A stretch of DNA of 40,552 bases from Octopus sinensis. Its lineage: Eukaryota. Every line of letters starts with the position of its first letter. The stretch's first letter is position 1. The stretch spans positions 1-40,552 of the forward strand of contig NW_021835284.1 in the NCBI RefSeq assembly GCF_006345805.1, in the 5' to 3' direction. Under the pieces are notes generated by a model, which was given only the letters and a program-made list of their open reading frames with translations, did not search any database and was not told where the DNA came from. Shown piece after piece: positions 11,309 to 23,397 of the stretch. The position numbers and the translations under genes are program-made.

Positions 11309-11507
11309 CCTTGGGTAAGTGCCTTCTACTATAGCCTTGGGCCCACCAAAGCCTTGTGAGTGGATTTGGTAGCCGGAAACTGAAAGAAGCCCATCATATA
11401 TATGTATAAATATATATGTGTGTGTGTGTGTGTGTATGAATATATATATATATATATATATACAGGTGTGTGTGTGTATATAATATATATATACAGGTGT
11501 GTGTGTG

Positions 11508-11539
<32 letters not shown>

Positions 11540-11797
11540 CAGGTGTGTGTGTGTATATAAATATATATATACAGGTGTGTGTGTGTGTATATAAATATAT
11601 ATATATATATATATATGTATGTATATATATATGTGTGTATATGTTTGAGTGTCTGTGTTTGTCCCCCCAACATCACTTGACAACCGATGCTGGTGAGTTT
11701 ACGTCCCCATAACTTAGCGGTTCGGCAAAAGAGACCAATAGAATAAGTGCTCCAGCATGGCCACAGTCGAATGACTGAAACAAATAAAAAATAAAAT
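11309..11797 (+). mobile_element. SINE family A, 5' truncated, with an internal compound minisatellite
   Basis: Family A halves flank 4 copies of tatacaggtgtgtgtgtg; short deletion before gctccagc. Confidence 0.9.
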
Positions 11798-12211
11798 AGA
11801 GGGGGGGGGAGATGTAGGTATATATAGAGTGAGAGGGGGGAATCCCCTGTTCCTGGCTCATCATTCACCCCCACCCTTTCCTTTCAGTCAGACACAAAAC
11901 AGAGACACAAGTCTGAGTGGCAAAGGTAGGAGGAGCAAGGTGGTGGTGGTGGGGTGCGCAGTATGGCAGAGTGAGAGGGGTGAGGGAGAAGACCACCCTA
12001 TCCACCCCCACCACTTGGGCACAGTCATATATATTCATTCTGTTTGTTTTTGTTTTCTTTACAGATATCCTTTTAGTCGTTTCAGTCACTTGACTGTGGT
12101 CATACTGGAGCACCACCTTTATATATATATATACCCCAGCATGGCCACAGCTTGTGACATGAAACTAGATAAAATAAATAAATAAAAAATAAAAATATAT
12201 ATATATATAGG

Positions 12212-12247
<36 letters not shown>

Positions 12248-12425
12248 GAGAGAGAGCAATAGTAGGCACTTTCCTCCACCCCTATACACACACAGAAGTA
12301 TAAAGATGGCAGGGGAGTAGGAAGAGGAGAAAGAAGGAGAAGTGAGGGGGGGGGTCTGTCAGCAGGTTGAGTAGTTTGACATGAATTCATTTCCTATGAC
12401 ACTTATTCATTCATGAATGCTTAGG

Positions 12426-12461
<36 letters not shown>

Positions 12462-12628
12462 ATGAATATGCATTGGCATATATATTCATATAAGTACAAT
12501 CACAGGGACACCTTCTGATAGTTAAGTGCAGCTTCACATACAGTAGCAACCATATCTATGTGTGAATGGGTGAATATACACACACACACACACACATATA
12601 TATATGTGAATATATACATATGTATATA

Positions 12629-13006
12629 GGTACAAGCTTGGCTGTGTGGTAAGAAGGTTGCTTTCTGACCATGTGGCTCTGGGTTCAGTCACACTGCGTG
12701 ACACCTTGGGCAAGTGTCCTCTATTTTAGCCCTCAGGCCAAGCAAAGCCTCATGAGTAGATTTGGTATAGAGAGAAACTGAAAGAAGCCTCTGTGTGTAT
12801 GTTGTACCCTGCCACTAGTTGACAGCTGGTGTTGCTGTGTTTACACCCCTGTGACTTAGTGGTTCAGCAAAAAGCAAAAGAGACTGACAGAATAAGTACC
12901 AGCATTTAAAAAAAGATATAGTCACTCGGGTTGATTCATTTGACTTAAAAGAAAATTTTTCAGGAAGGTAGCCCCAGCATGGCAGTGGTCTACTGATTGA
13001 AATAAG
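12629..13006 (+). mobile_element. SINE family A, older subfamily
   Basis: A-box tggctgtgtgg, B-box gggttcagtc, and a diverged body ending ccccagcatggc...tgattgaaataag. Confidence 0.85.
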
Positions 13007-13048
13007 TTTTAAAATATTTAAAAAATAGATTTAAGAAATATATAAGTA

Positions 13049-13450
13049 CTAGCAGTATTGCCCGGCGTTGCTCAGGTTTGTTTTCTTTTCGACCCTTTAG
13101 AATTGGAATTTTTGAAAAGTAAAAATTCTGCATTATGTAGCTTGTTATTCTCTTTAAGTGAACATTTTTCTGGTTGAAATACACAGAAAAATGGTGACAC
13201 AGCAGTCAAAAGATCTTGTAAAAAATAGGGATTTTCATGGAAAAAAAGCACCTTTTTGATGTAAATAATTTTTGGTGTTAACATGGTCTGATTTGAATTT
13301 TTCCTTCTACAGATGGAAGAGCAAGCCTTCTTCTATCATACTCTCAATTTTGGTCAACTTGCACTGCAGGGTCTCGGAGGAGATAGTGTTAGTTGAAGGC
13401 TACCAAACCTGCCACACACACAGACAACTTCAGCTTTATATAGAGAGAGA
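13049..13450 (-). mobile_element. Complete non-autonomous Helitron
   Basis: Minus strand shows A|TC at the 5' end, a (GT)n/GTCT tract near it, a GC-rich hairpin at 13060-13078, and CTAG|T at the 3' end; no TSD. Confidence 0.85.
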
Positions 13451-13874
13451 TTTAAGTAGGTTTGCATCATAAAACCAAGTAAAGGTCTCTGGTGACTTCT
13501 GGAACACAAAGATGCAGTCTTTGTACATCAAATTCTGTCAGATTGTTCAACCTAAGCCAGCAAGCAAGAGAGACACTTAAAAGACTACAACAACGATGAT
13601 GCCAAGAAGTGAAATAGGACCAGTGTGTGTGTGTGTGTGTTTTCATTGGCAAATTGACCCTCCCATGATCCCGAGACACCGACAAGAGGAAAGCATCCTC
13701 TTAAATATTCTGGTTTCATTAAAAATTTAAAAGCGGACTTTTATTTCTGGCTGTAACATATTTCAAATAAAATAAAGTTGAATAAGATAAGATAGAACAA
13801 AACAAAATACGATGAAATAGAATAAAATTCCAGTTAATATATTGATTTTTTGTTCTCGATATACTTAAAATATG

Positions 13875-13989
13875 TACACACACACACACACACATATACA
13901 TACACATAAATGCATACACATATACATACATATGTAGACACATATGGGCAGATGCAAATATATATTCATACATATATATATATACATAC

Positions 13990-14030
<41 letters not shown>

Positions 14031-14163
14031 CATACACATACATATATATACATACATATATAGACATATACATATATACATATATATACATATATAGACA
14101 TATACATATATATACATACATATACATACATATACATATAAATACATATACATATAAATACAT

Positions 14164-14202
<39 letters not shown>

Positions 14203-14230
14203 TATATACATACACACACATATATATATT
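13875..14230. repeat. Compound (CA/TA)n microsatellite
   Basis: Seen directly. Confidence 0.95.
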
Positions 14231-14894
14231 ATCTCGTATCAACATCAGATTTATCAAACACAAAAGAAGCTTAAAAGAAGATAGTCTTTCTTTTCTTTTT
14301 CCTTTTTTTCCCTTTTTTTTTTTTTTTTTTACCATTTTTCGTTTCTCTCAGAAAAAAAAAACCTCATTCAGTCATTATACAAAGTTAATTAAAGCCGAAG
14401 ATTACTAACTCTTGGTACTTAATGGCTAAGTAATAAATATGAAAGTTAATTAACTCGAACCAAATTCGGTTAACACTTTCATTTTTCCTAACTTGCAATA
14501 TTTGATGAGTTTCCCAACTGATCGAGTGAATTGATTCCAATACGATTCACCCAAATTTTTTTTCGGCTGTTTTTATAACCAGAACCAAAACCAGAGAGGA
14601 AAGCGATGCCAAAGCGAAAACGGCGCAAAAGTACAAAATTAAATCCACCCAGAAGGATTTGACCGAAATCTCTTTTAATCCTGAACAGCATTAAGAACAG
14701 ATTGTAATGCTGGATTCGGATGATGCTGATGCTGCTGTTCTTGTGTAGAAACGGTCTCGCAATAAATTGAAATTAGTACAGGTGTTTCTGTCAGCAGAAG
14801 GAGAGACAGAGAGAGAGATACAGGTAGGGTGTAAGAGAAAGAGAGAGAGTGATAAAGATTATGTTGTAACAAAAGCAATGTTCTTTATCTTTTC

Positions 14895-15086
14895 TTTTAA
14901 TCTGTTTCGGTCACTAGACTGTGGCCATGCTGGAGCACCACCTTGAATCTTTTAGTTGAATGAATGGTACTTATTCCGTCAGTCTCTTTAACCGAACTAC
15001 AAAGCTATGGGGACATAAACACACCAACACTGGTTGTCAAGCAGTGGGGGGGGGGACAAACAGACAGAAAGACACACACAAATATG

Positions 15087-15138
<52 letters not shown>

Positions 15139-15313
15139 CATATATAGAGGAAGGGCTTCTTTCAATTTCCATCTACCAAATCCACTCGCAAGGATTTCGT
15201 CAGCCCAAGGCTACAGTATAAGACACTTGGCCAATGTGCCACGCAGTGGGATTGAGCCCAGAGCCATGCAGTTCGGAAGCAAGCATTTTACCACACAGCC
15301 ACGCCTGCACCTG
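14895..15313 (-). mobile_element. SINE family A
   Basis: Head to tail recognisable; moderately diverged. Confidence 0.88.
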
Positions 15314-15336
15314 TAATTTCATTACATAGCAAATAA

Positions 15337-15470
15337 AGAGGTTAAGAAGCTGGGTTAGCAGCCACATGATTTCAGGTTCAATCCCACTGCATGGCACTTT
15401 GGGCGAGTGTCTTTTACAATGGCCCAGAGACGACTAATGCCTTATGAATGAATCTGATAGATGCAAACTG
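15337..15470 (+). mobile_element. SINE family A 5' fragment
   Basis: ccacatgatttcaggttcaatcccactgcatggcactttgggcgagtgtctt. Confidence 0.8.
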
Positions 15471-15552
15471 TGTACGACACAGCATTCGAATTATTCTGTC
15501 ATTTTGAATTAATCATGAATCATATCAAAGATTCGAGATTTCTATCATGGTT

Positions 15553-15940
15553 TATTCTTTTATTTGTTTCAGTCATTAGACCATGGCCATGCTGGAGCAC
15601 CACCTTGAAGGGTTTCAGTCAAACAAATCAGCCCCAGAACTTTTTTTTTAAAGCCTAGTAATTATTCTATTGGACTCTTTTGCCAAACTGCTATGTTACA
15701 GGGACGTAAACATACCAGCACTGGTTGTCAAGCAGTGATGGAGGGACAAACACAGACACACTGACACACATACCTACACATGGTGGACTTCTTTCAGTTT
15801 CCATCTAAATCCACTCACAAGGCTTTGGCCAGCCCGAGGGTACAATAAAAGCCACTTGCACAAGGTAGCATGCAGTGAGACTGAACCCAGAACCATGTGG
15901 TTGGAAAGCAAGGTTCTTACCACCCAGCCATGCCTCTGCC
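15553..15940 (-). mobile_element. SINE family A
   Basis: Head to tail recognisable. Confidence 0.88.
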
Positions 15941-15949
15941 TATATGTGT

Positions 15950-16135
15950 TTTTAGAACGACATTGTAGGATAGGTGTAAGAGGCAAGATTTTGACAGTTT
16001 GAGCATAAAAGAGTCAGAGTATCAAGTTGCTGTTCCAAACACCAGTTCAAGTAGCACAAAGCTATTTTATTAAATTTTCCACAATTTTCAAAATTAAATG
16101 AAAGAAGATGCTGTATTTCAATAGAAATATCCCAA
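15950..16135. mobile_element. Fused fragments of two piggyBac-like MITE families
   Basis: 15955-16022 resembles the reverse complement of 25270-25338; 16025-16135 resembles 7150-7255. Confidence 0.55.
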
Positions 16136-16696
16136 CGAAAGAGAAACAAGGAAGAGACAGTGTGTTTTCCCGTTGACAACAGAATAGATTCTTAGCTGTA
16201 GAAAGTAGACAAAAAGAAAAGAAGAAGCTCTTAGCGAAATGATTTCATAAATATATTTACACTCTTAGAGAAAGGACAGTTTGATCTTTGCTCATAAAGA
16301 AATGAATAACTGTAGACATTACGTTTCCATATATTTGGTATCATCAGTACAGCACAGCTTCCTGAAGCTAGTGGATGATCAGTTGCACAATTATGGCTGA
16401 GATTTATTAATGTAATTAAAAATAGAAAGAGTGAAGGGAAGTAACTCACAGGAGCCAGTGGCATGAATTTGTGTAATTGATTTAGAGGGTGATGTACTGA
16501 ATATCGTTGGCAATGAATTATTAATTTATTAAATTTTCGCTTGGGGGTGGGTGGGAAGAAAAGACAAAATCTTGAGAGTAATTGTTAACAATTCAAAGTA
16601 AAGGGAAGATAATTTCAATAGACTTTAAGAATTAATTTCTAAAGTTAATTTACATACTTATATACTTGTGTGTGTGTGTAGGATAGGTGTAAGAGG

Positions 16697-16698
<2 letters not shown>

Positions 16699-16730
<32 letters not shown>

Positions 16731-16747
16731 ACACATATATATACTTG

Positions 16748-16800
<53 letters not shown>

Positions 16801-17029
16801 TTACATACATATATATATAAAGAGAGAGACAGGCAGAGAAATACAAATCGGCCCCAGAACTCCCTTCACTTGCACATACAGATGTATACATATACATATG
16901 TACACACATACATATGCATGTGTGGGTGTGTGTGTATATATTTATATATACATACATATGTACATATATACAGACATACATGCATAAGTACATAAATATA
17001 CACACATACATATATATACATACATACAC

Positions 17030-17066
<37 letters not shown>

Positions 17067-17355
17067 CACATATATAGAAACATACATATGTATATATATA
17101 TATGTATACAGGTATATGTATGTGTGTGTGTATATATATATATACACAGACATACATACATATGTATGCAGCTACACGTGTGTGTGTGTACATGTACATA
17201 TATGCATACATATATTTACATATACACACACACACACACATATATATATATAGACATACACATACATTTCTATAAATACACATGTATACACACATACACA
17301 CACATCTATACATACATACACATACATATATATACATGTGTGTGTATGTATGTGT
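16699..17355. repeat. Compound (CA/TA)n microsatellite region
   Basis: Seen directly, with a short unique interruption at 16820-16875. Confidence 0.9.
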
Positions 17356-17761
17356 AGCCACAAGTCTGCCAGTACTCAAAGCATAAGGAAAATCAAGCAA
17401 AACAAAAACAAACAAGCATTTAATTGTTATGGAACCCATAAAAAGCACCTTGCAAGGTGATTAGCAAATACTTAATCATGTATGCAAGAGTTAATTACCA
17501 CATCTAATTGGAATCTAATGAAAGGTTACAGAAAACAAAACAGTTAGTTTCCCTGGGACAAAGAAGAGCCGGGTGGAGGGGAAGGAAGAAATGCTATGAT
17601 TAGAAATAAGAAAGCAGGGTGGGGGCGAGGGAGAAAATGAAGGGAGATCTTTCAAAGGGACCTCTCTGTTTCTTACACTTTTTCACAGTTCATATTAAGC
17701 CCTTGTTGTATAAAGGGTGTCAAAAGGTCAAGCAATAATTTTAATTTTAAGAGTATTGTTA

Positions 17762-17895
17762 TATGGTTAGGGAACTTGCTTTGCACCATGGGGTCATAGA
17801 TTCAGTTCTACTGCACCGTCTTAGACTATAGCGCCGACCCGACCAAAATTTGTCTTTGTGGATTTGGTAGATGAAAAACTGAAGGGTGTCTGACA
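17762..17895 (+). mobile_element. SINE family A 5' fragment, highly diverged
   Basis: gtggatttggtagatgaaaaactgaag plus a remnant head. Confidence 0.6.
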
Positions 17896-17932
17896 GTGTT
17901 ATTTAAATAAAATGGAGAACAGCTGCTGCTGC

Positions 17933-18275
17933 TACTAAGGGGCCACAGACAGAGGGGACAAACAAGAACAGACTAAGGGATTAAGTCGATTACATCGACC
18001 CCAGTGCGTAACTGGTACTTATTTAATCGATCCCGAAAGGATGAAAGGCAAAGTCGACCTCGGCGGAATTTGAACTCAGAACGTAGAGGCAGACGAAATA
18101 CCTATTTCTTTACTACCCACAAGCGGCTAAACACAGAGAGGACAAACAAAGACAGACAAAGGGATTAAGTCGATTATATCGACCCCAGTGCGTAACTGGT
18201 ACTTATTTAATCGACCCCGAGAGAATGAAACGCAAAGTCGACCTCGGCGGAATTTGAACTCAGAATGTAAACAGC
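17933..18275 (-). mobile_element. SINE family B, two internal modules, head truncated
   Basis: Two tandem copies of atcgaccccagtgcgtaactggtacttatttaatcga...ggaatttgaactcagaa. Confidence 0.9.
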
Positions 18276-18769
18276 AGATCAGCCTAAAACTATAGTAGAA
18301 GACATTCGCCCAAGGTACCACGCAGTGGGGCTTGAACCCAGAAGAGATTTTCCCCTTTAATGGCAAATTCATCACCAGAGGCAAGACTGGTGTTTGTCAT
18401 AGGTTCAGACATCATAAAATAGGGCAATGAACTGACAATTTGTAGGGTGTCTTTTAAAAATACCTTGTGAGGGGCTATCAACAACAACCCTTTAGTGCTG
18501 GAGTTTGAAGCCCTGCTGAGATGGACTTTGCCTTTTTTGGTTATTGTTGTTGTTTTTATTCTTCTGGGAATGGTAGGGAGTTAATAAAATCAGTCAATAA
18601 AACACAAAACCCCATCAACACCCTACTGTATATATGTATCCTCCTACCCAGATACCTACTTGTAAACACCCTACAATAGAATAGGGTTGGGCACCTGTTG
18701 AATGATCTTTGATCACTGACAGGCCAACTGTCTATTTAGTTATCTGCATGAGAGAGAGAGAGAGAAAAC

Positions 18770-19178
18770 ATGTGTGAGTGTGTGTGTGTGTCTGTGTTTG
18801 TGTGAGTGAGTGTGTGTGAGTGTGTGTGAGTGTGTGTGAGTGTATGTGTGTGAGTGTGTGAGTGTGTGTGTGAGTGTGTGTCTGTGTATGTGTGTGAGTG
18901 TGTATATGTGAGTGCATGCGTGTGTGTGTGTATGTGTGTGAGTGTGTTTGTATGTGTGTGTGTATGGGAGTGTGTGTGAGTGTATGTGTGTGCATATATG
19001 TGTGTCAGTATATGTGAGTGTGCCTCTGCCAGTGTGTGCTTGTGTGTGTGTGTATATGTGAGCATGTGTATATGTGAGTGTGTGTGTATATGTAAGTGTG
19101 TGAGTATATGTGAGTGTGTGAGTATATGTGAGTGTGTGAGAATATGTGAGTGTATGTATGTGTGTGTGAGTGTGTGAG
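18770..19178. repeat. (TG/TGAG)n microsatellite
   Basis: Seen directly. Confidence 0.95.
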
Positions 19179-19330
19179 TTCAAAATTCCACCAAGAATGA
19201 CTGCCTTTTATCCATCCAGGGTGGATAAGCACCAATTGAGCTCTGGTGTTGACTTAGCCTTTCATTTGTCTGGGATTAATAACATAAGTACCAGTTGAGT
19301 GCTTGGGTTGACTTAGCCTTCCATTGAACT
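19175..19330 (+). mobile_element. SINE family B fragment with a duplicated 3' segment
   Basis: gagttcaaaattccacc...; taag(c/t)acca(a/g)ttgag...gttgacttagcctt occurs twice. Confidence 0.6.
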
Positions 19331-19502
19331 GGTAAAGAAAGCAATTGGTGGCCACACTGAACTGAAATAAATGCTTAAACACCCCACAATGAATTGGCAT
19401 AAACATAAAATTTGCAGTGTTTGACTTTTCCAAGTTTTACCAATTATATTAAAGATATTTAACTGGTCCCAATTTACCTGTTACACCCTGTATATATATC
19501 TG

Positions 19503-19551
<49 letters not shown>

Positions 19552-19562
19552 AAAAAATATAT

Positions 19563-19694
19563 ATAAAAAAATACAAAATAGGACAAGAACGCAAAACACT
19601 CAAATAGACGACACAAAAACGGACGGGTCATTCGAAGCCTCCAATCTTCAGTCAAGAACCGGATTATCCCTGCAATTTTGGCTGATTAATCTTG

Positions 19695-19697
<3 letters not shown>
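19563..19697. mobile_element. Interspersed repeat fragment in (TA)n, probably a Penelope-like terminus
   Basis: Second copy at 28343-28484; both are embedded in TA-rich microsatellite. The class is inferred. Confidence 0.5.
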
Positions 19698-19739
<42 letters not shown>

Positions 19740-19784
19740 ATCAATAACAGAACAGTACATGATACACACACACGACAGGTTTCT

Positions 19785-19952
19785 TTTCTACATTATTTAC
19801 AGTCGACGGATATTTGTCCTCATCTTGTTTGTTGTTAACGCAACGTTTCGGATGATATACCTTCCAGCCTTCTTCAGGTGTCTTGGCATCAACTTGGCAC
19901 CACTAAATGTAAATAATGTACATAATTCCTCATCTCTTAAATATAAAACTGC
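19785..19952 (-). mobile_element. Penelope-like terminal fragment
   Basis: Carries a canonical-core minimal hammerhead. Confidence 0.65.
19837..19882 (-). ncRNA. Minimal type I hammerhead ribozyme motif
   Basis: GACAC-CUGAAGA-A-GGCUG(gaagguauau)CAUCC-GAAA-CGUU-GCGUU; palindromic stem III ACGU; one mismatch each in stems I and II. Confidence 0.7.
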
Positions 19953-20111
19953 AGGTTTCTTTTCTGTTACTGTTGACCAAATCCACTCACAAGCCCTTGC
20001 TTAATTCAGAGCCGTAGCCAAAGTCACCCAAGGTGCTGTGCGGAGGAACTGAACCTGAGACCATGTGATAGGAAAACCCAGCTTCCTAACCACACAGCCA
20101 CACCTGCACCT
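19953..20111 (-). mobile_element. SINE family A 5' half
   Basis: ccaaatccactcacaag...actgaacc...cacacagccacacctgcacc. Confidence 0.8.
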
Positions 20112-20618
20112 ACGTATTTCTTGGAGAATTCAGTAACAAAAGTGTTAATAGCAGCCACTCAGGGTAAGTGCAGAGCGAAAGCTAACACGTGGGTGTAAGG
20201 CATGTGATTTTAAATGGAAACTTTTTTCTTTTTACCAATTATAATTGTCTGCTTGAGATTTAGGACAGGTCAACCAACCTACTCGGCCGGTAATAAATGT
20301 AATAATTACAAAGGAGGCACATGGTAGGGACGGGGGTGGTTTTAAAAGTCAAATTTCAGAGGAAGGAATTAAAATGACATTCAATCTTCAATATGATTAT
20401 ATAAGTCAAAGACATGAGGGACAGCTATTACTTATCTAATTTCCCATAATTAATGATCTTTTCTCCTCCTTCTTCTTCTTCATCTTTTTATTATTGTTTT
20501 TTTTTTGTGTGTGTACTCTGACTTGTCCTTTGATATTGGATGCCATGTCTTAGACCCTTGTAACCAATAAAAGAAATCATTATTATTATTATCATTATTA
20601 TTATTAATTATTATTATC

Positions 20619-21062
20619 AAGGTAGCAAGCTGGCAGAATCATTAGCATACTGGGGAAAATGCTTAGTGGCATTTCGTCTGTCATTACACTTTGAGTTCAA
20701 ATTCCACCAAGGTCAACTTTGCCTTTCATCCTTTCAATGTAATCAACTTAATCCCTTTGTCTGTCCTTGTTTGTCCTCTCTGTGTTTAGCCCCTTGTGGG
20801 TAGTAAAGAAATAAGTATTTTGTCTGTCTTTACGTTCTGAGTTCAAATTCCACCGAGGTCAACTTTGCCTTTCATCCTTCAGGGTCAATGAAATAAGAAC
20901 CAGTGAAATACTGGGGTCAATGTAATCGACTAGCCCCCTCCCCCAACATTTCAGACCTTGTGCCTATAGTTGAAAGGATTATTATTATTAAAGCAGCAAG
21001 CTGGCAGAATCATTAGCAGGCTGGGAAAAATGCTTAGCAGCATTTCATCGGTCATTACGTTC
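20619..21062 (+). mobile_element. SINE family B dimer with (ATT)n tail, followed by a second truncated head
   Basis: Head gctggcagaatcattagca; B-box gagttcaaattcc twice; flanked by (ATT)n. Confidence 0.88.
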
Positions 21063-21184
21063 CACAATTTGCTTAACAACCACACAGAGGAGTTCTTTAT
21101 AGTGACCCAATGTTTGTGCTCACATAAGCTCACCCCCTCCATCAAATCAACATTACCTGTTCAGGTACACCATGTGCCACATGT

Positions 21185-21324
21185 CATACGATGAAATGAT
21201 TGCAGAACAACATCAAGTGAAGTGTTTTGCTCAAGAACACAATGCAATACCCACTCTGGGAATCGAAACCGCGATCTCGCAATCATGAGAGTAAACACCC
21301 TAACCACTATGCCATATGCCTCCA
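21185..21324 (-). mobile_element. tRNA-derived SINE family D, 5' part
   Basis: Minus strand reads ggaggcatatggcatagtggttaggg...ggtttcgattccc...gtgttcttgagcaaaacacttca. Confidence 0.75.
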
Positions 21325-21653
21325 CATACATATATACATACACACACACACACATTAGTTCGTATGCTGTGTAGTGCATGGCATAATTTCCCTCATGTGT
21401 TTATTGTTTCCCATATGCTAACACATCGCTGAGAATTAATTCTAGGCACACACTTAACGCAGATATATATTTACATTCTGTCCGATCGGCACAAAGCGAA
21501 ATGACACAACCATGTTCGCATTTCAATTGTTGAATTGTCAAAGTCTCTCGTGGCCTCTCGGTGGGGGAGGGGGGTTACAACTGCCACAGAAATCCGGAGT
21601 GAAACTAAATACATACATGCAAATGTATATAACATACATACACACAAATATTA

Positions 21654-21696
<43 letters not shown>

Positions 21697-21717
21697 GTGC
21701 GTGTGTGTGTGTGTGTA

Positions 21718-21763
<46 letters not shown>

Positions 21764-22404
21764 ATATATATAAAACATACATACACATAATCTATGTAAA
21801 ATATACATACGTACATACATGGATTTACAAATATAATCTAATATATATATATAACATACATACAAATATAATATATATCAGATACATATCTATATATCTA
21901 TCTATCTATCCATCTATCTATATCTGTCTATCTTTATCTACATACATATACACACACACACACACATATATATATATACACACACACACATATATATAAG
22001 CGTGTGTATGAATTTTGGTATCCAAAGAATTAGTTATTCCTGTCTGAGGCACTCAAACACACCTCACTCTTTGTCTATTAACCAAATAACTCGTTTGGAG
22101 CCAGTCTAATTACATATTTACTTGTATTAGTGTTAATACAATTAATGTGTCCATCATTAGAAGGAAATTCGATGGAAGATGACATAATAATGGTTTCTCA
22201 TTTTAGCACAAGGCCAACAATCTCAAGAGGAGGTTGTTCATCGATTACATCAGCATCAGTACTTGAGACGTCCTTTATTTTATTGACCCACCACCACCAC
22301 CACCACAAAAGGATGAAAGGTGAGACTTGGAGTGAGCATTTGTTCAACACTTTAATGATTCAGCCAATCCATAATAACAATAATAATAATAATAATAATA
22401 ATAA

Positions 22405-23396
22405 TCCCTTCTACTATAGGCACAAGGCCTGAAATTGTTTTTTTTTTTTTGGTGGGGGGAGTCAATTACATTGACCCCAGTGCTCAACTGGTACTTATTT
22501 CATCAATCCCGAAAGGATGAAAGGCAAAGTTGACCATGGCAGAATTTGAACTCAGAACATAAAGACGGACGAAATGCTGCCAAGCATTTTTCCCAGTGTG
22601 CTAACGATTTTGCCAGCTCACCACCTTGATGATGATGATAATAATAATAATAATAATGATAATAATAATCTTTTCTACTCTAGGCACATGGCCCAAAACT
22701 TTTGGGGAGGGGGCCAGTCGACTAGATCTACCCCAGTACGCAATTGGTACTTAATTTATTGACCCCCAAAAGGATGAAAGGCAAAGTCGACCTTGGCAGA
22801 ATTTGAACTCAGAACGTAAAGACGGATGAAATGCTGCTAAGCATTTTGCCCACCGTGCTAACGATTTTGCCAGCTCGCCGCCTTAATAATAATGATAATA
22901 ATAATAATAATAACAATCTTTTCTACTCTAGGCACAAGGTCCAAAATTTTGGCAGAGGGGGCCAGTCGATTATATTAACCCCAGTATGCAACTGGTACTT
23001 AGTTTATCGACCCCGAAAGGAAGAAAGGCAAGTCAACCTTGGCAAAATTTGAACTCAGAACATAAAGACGGATGAAATGCTGCTAAGCATTTCGCCCAGC
23101 GTGCTAACCATTTTGCCAGCTTGCCACCTTGATGATGATGATGATAATAACAATAATAATTATAATAATGATAATAATAATAATAATAACAATCTTTTCT
23201 ACTCTAGGCACAAGGTCCAAAATTTTGGGGGAGGGAGCCAGTCGATTAGATTGACCCCAGTATGCAACTGGTACTTAATTTATCGACCTCGAAAGGATGA
23301 AAGGCAAAGTCAACCTCGAAGGAATTTGAACTCAGAATGTAAAGACAGACGAAATACTGCCGAGTATTTCACCCGGCTTGCTAACGTTTCTGCCAG
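22405..23396 (-). mobile_element. Head-to-tail array of four family B SINEs separated by (GAT)n(AAT)n
   Basis: Units at 22405-22627, 22669-22884, 22917-23130 and 23193-23396. Confidence 0.93.
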
Positions 23397-23397
23397 T

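Noticed and set aside
10475-11683. 402-aa ORF and the other long YI/HT/CV/LS-rich ORFs, e.g. 36781-37875 and 29622-30606
   Set aside because: They are translations of micro- and minisatellites and SINEs, with no domain motifs.
14679-14720. Hairpin cagcatta/taatgctg as a pre-miRNA
   Set aside because: The stem is too short and no mature miRNA is recognised.
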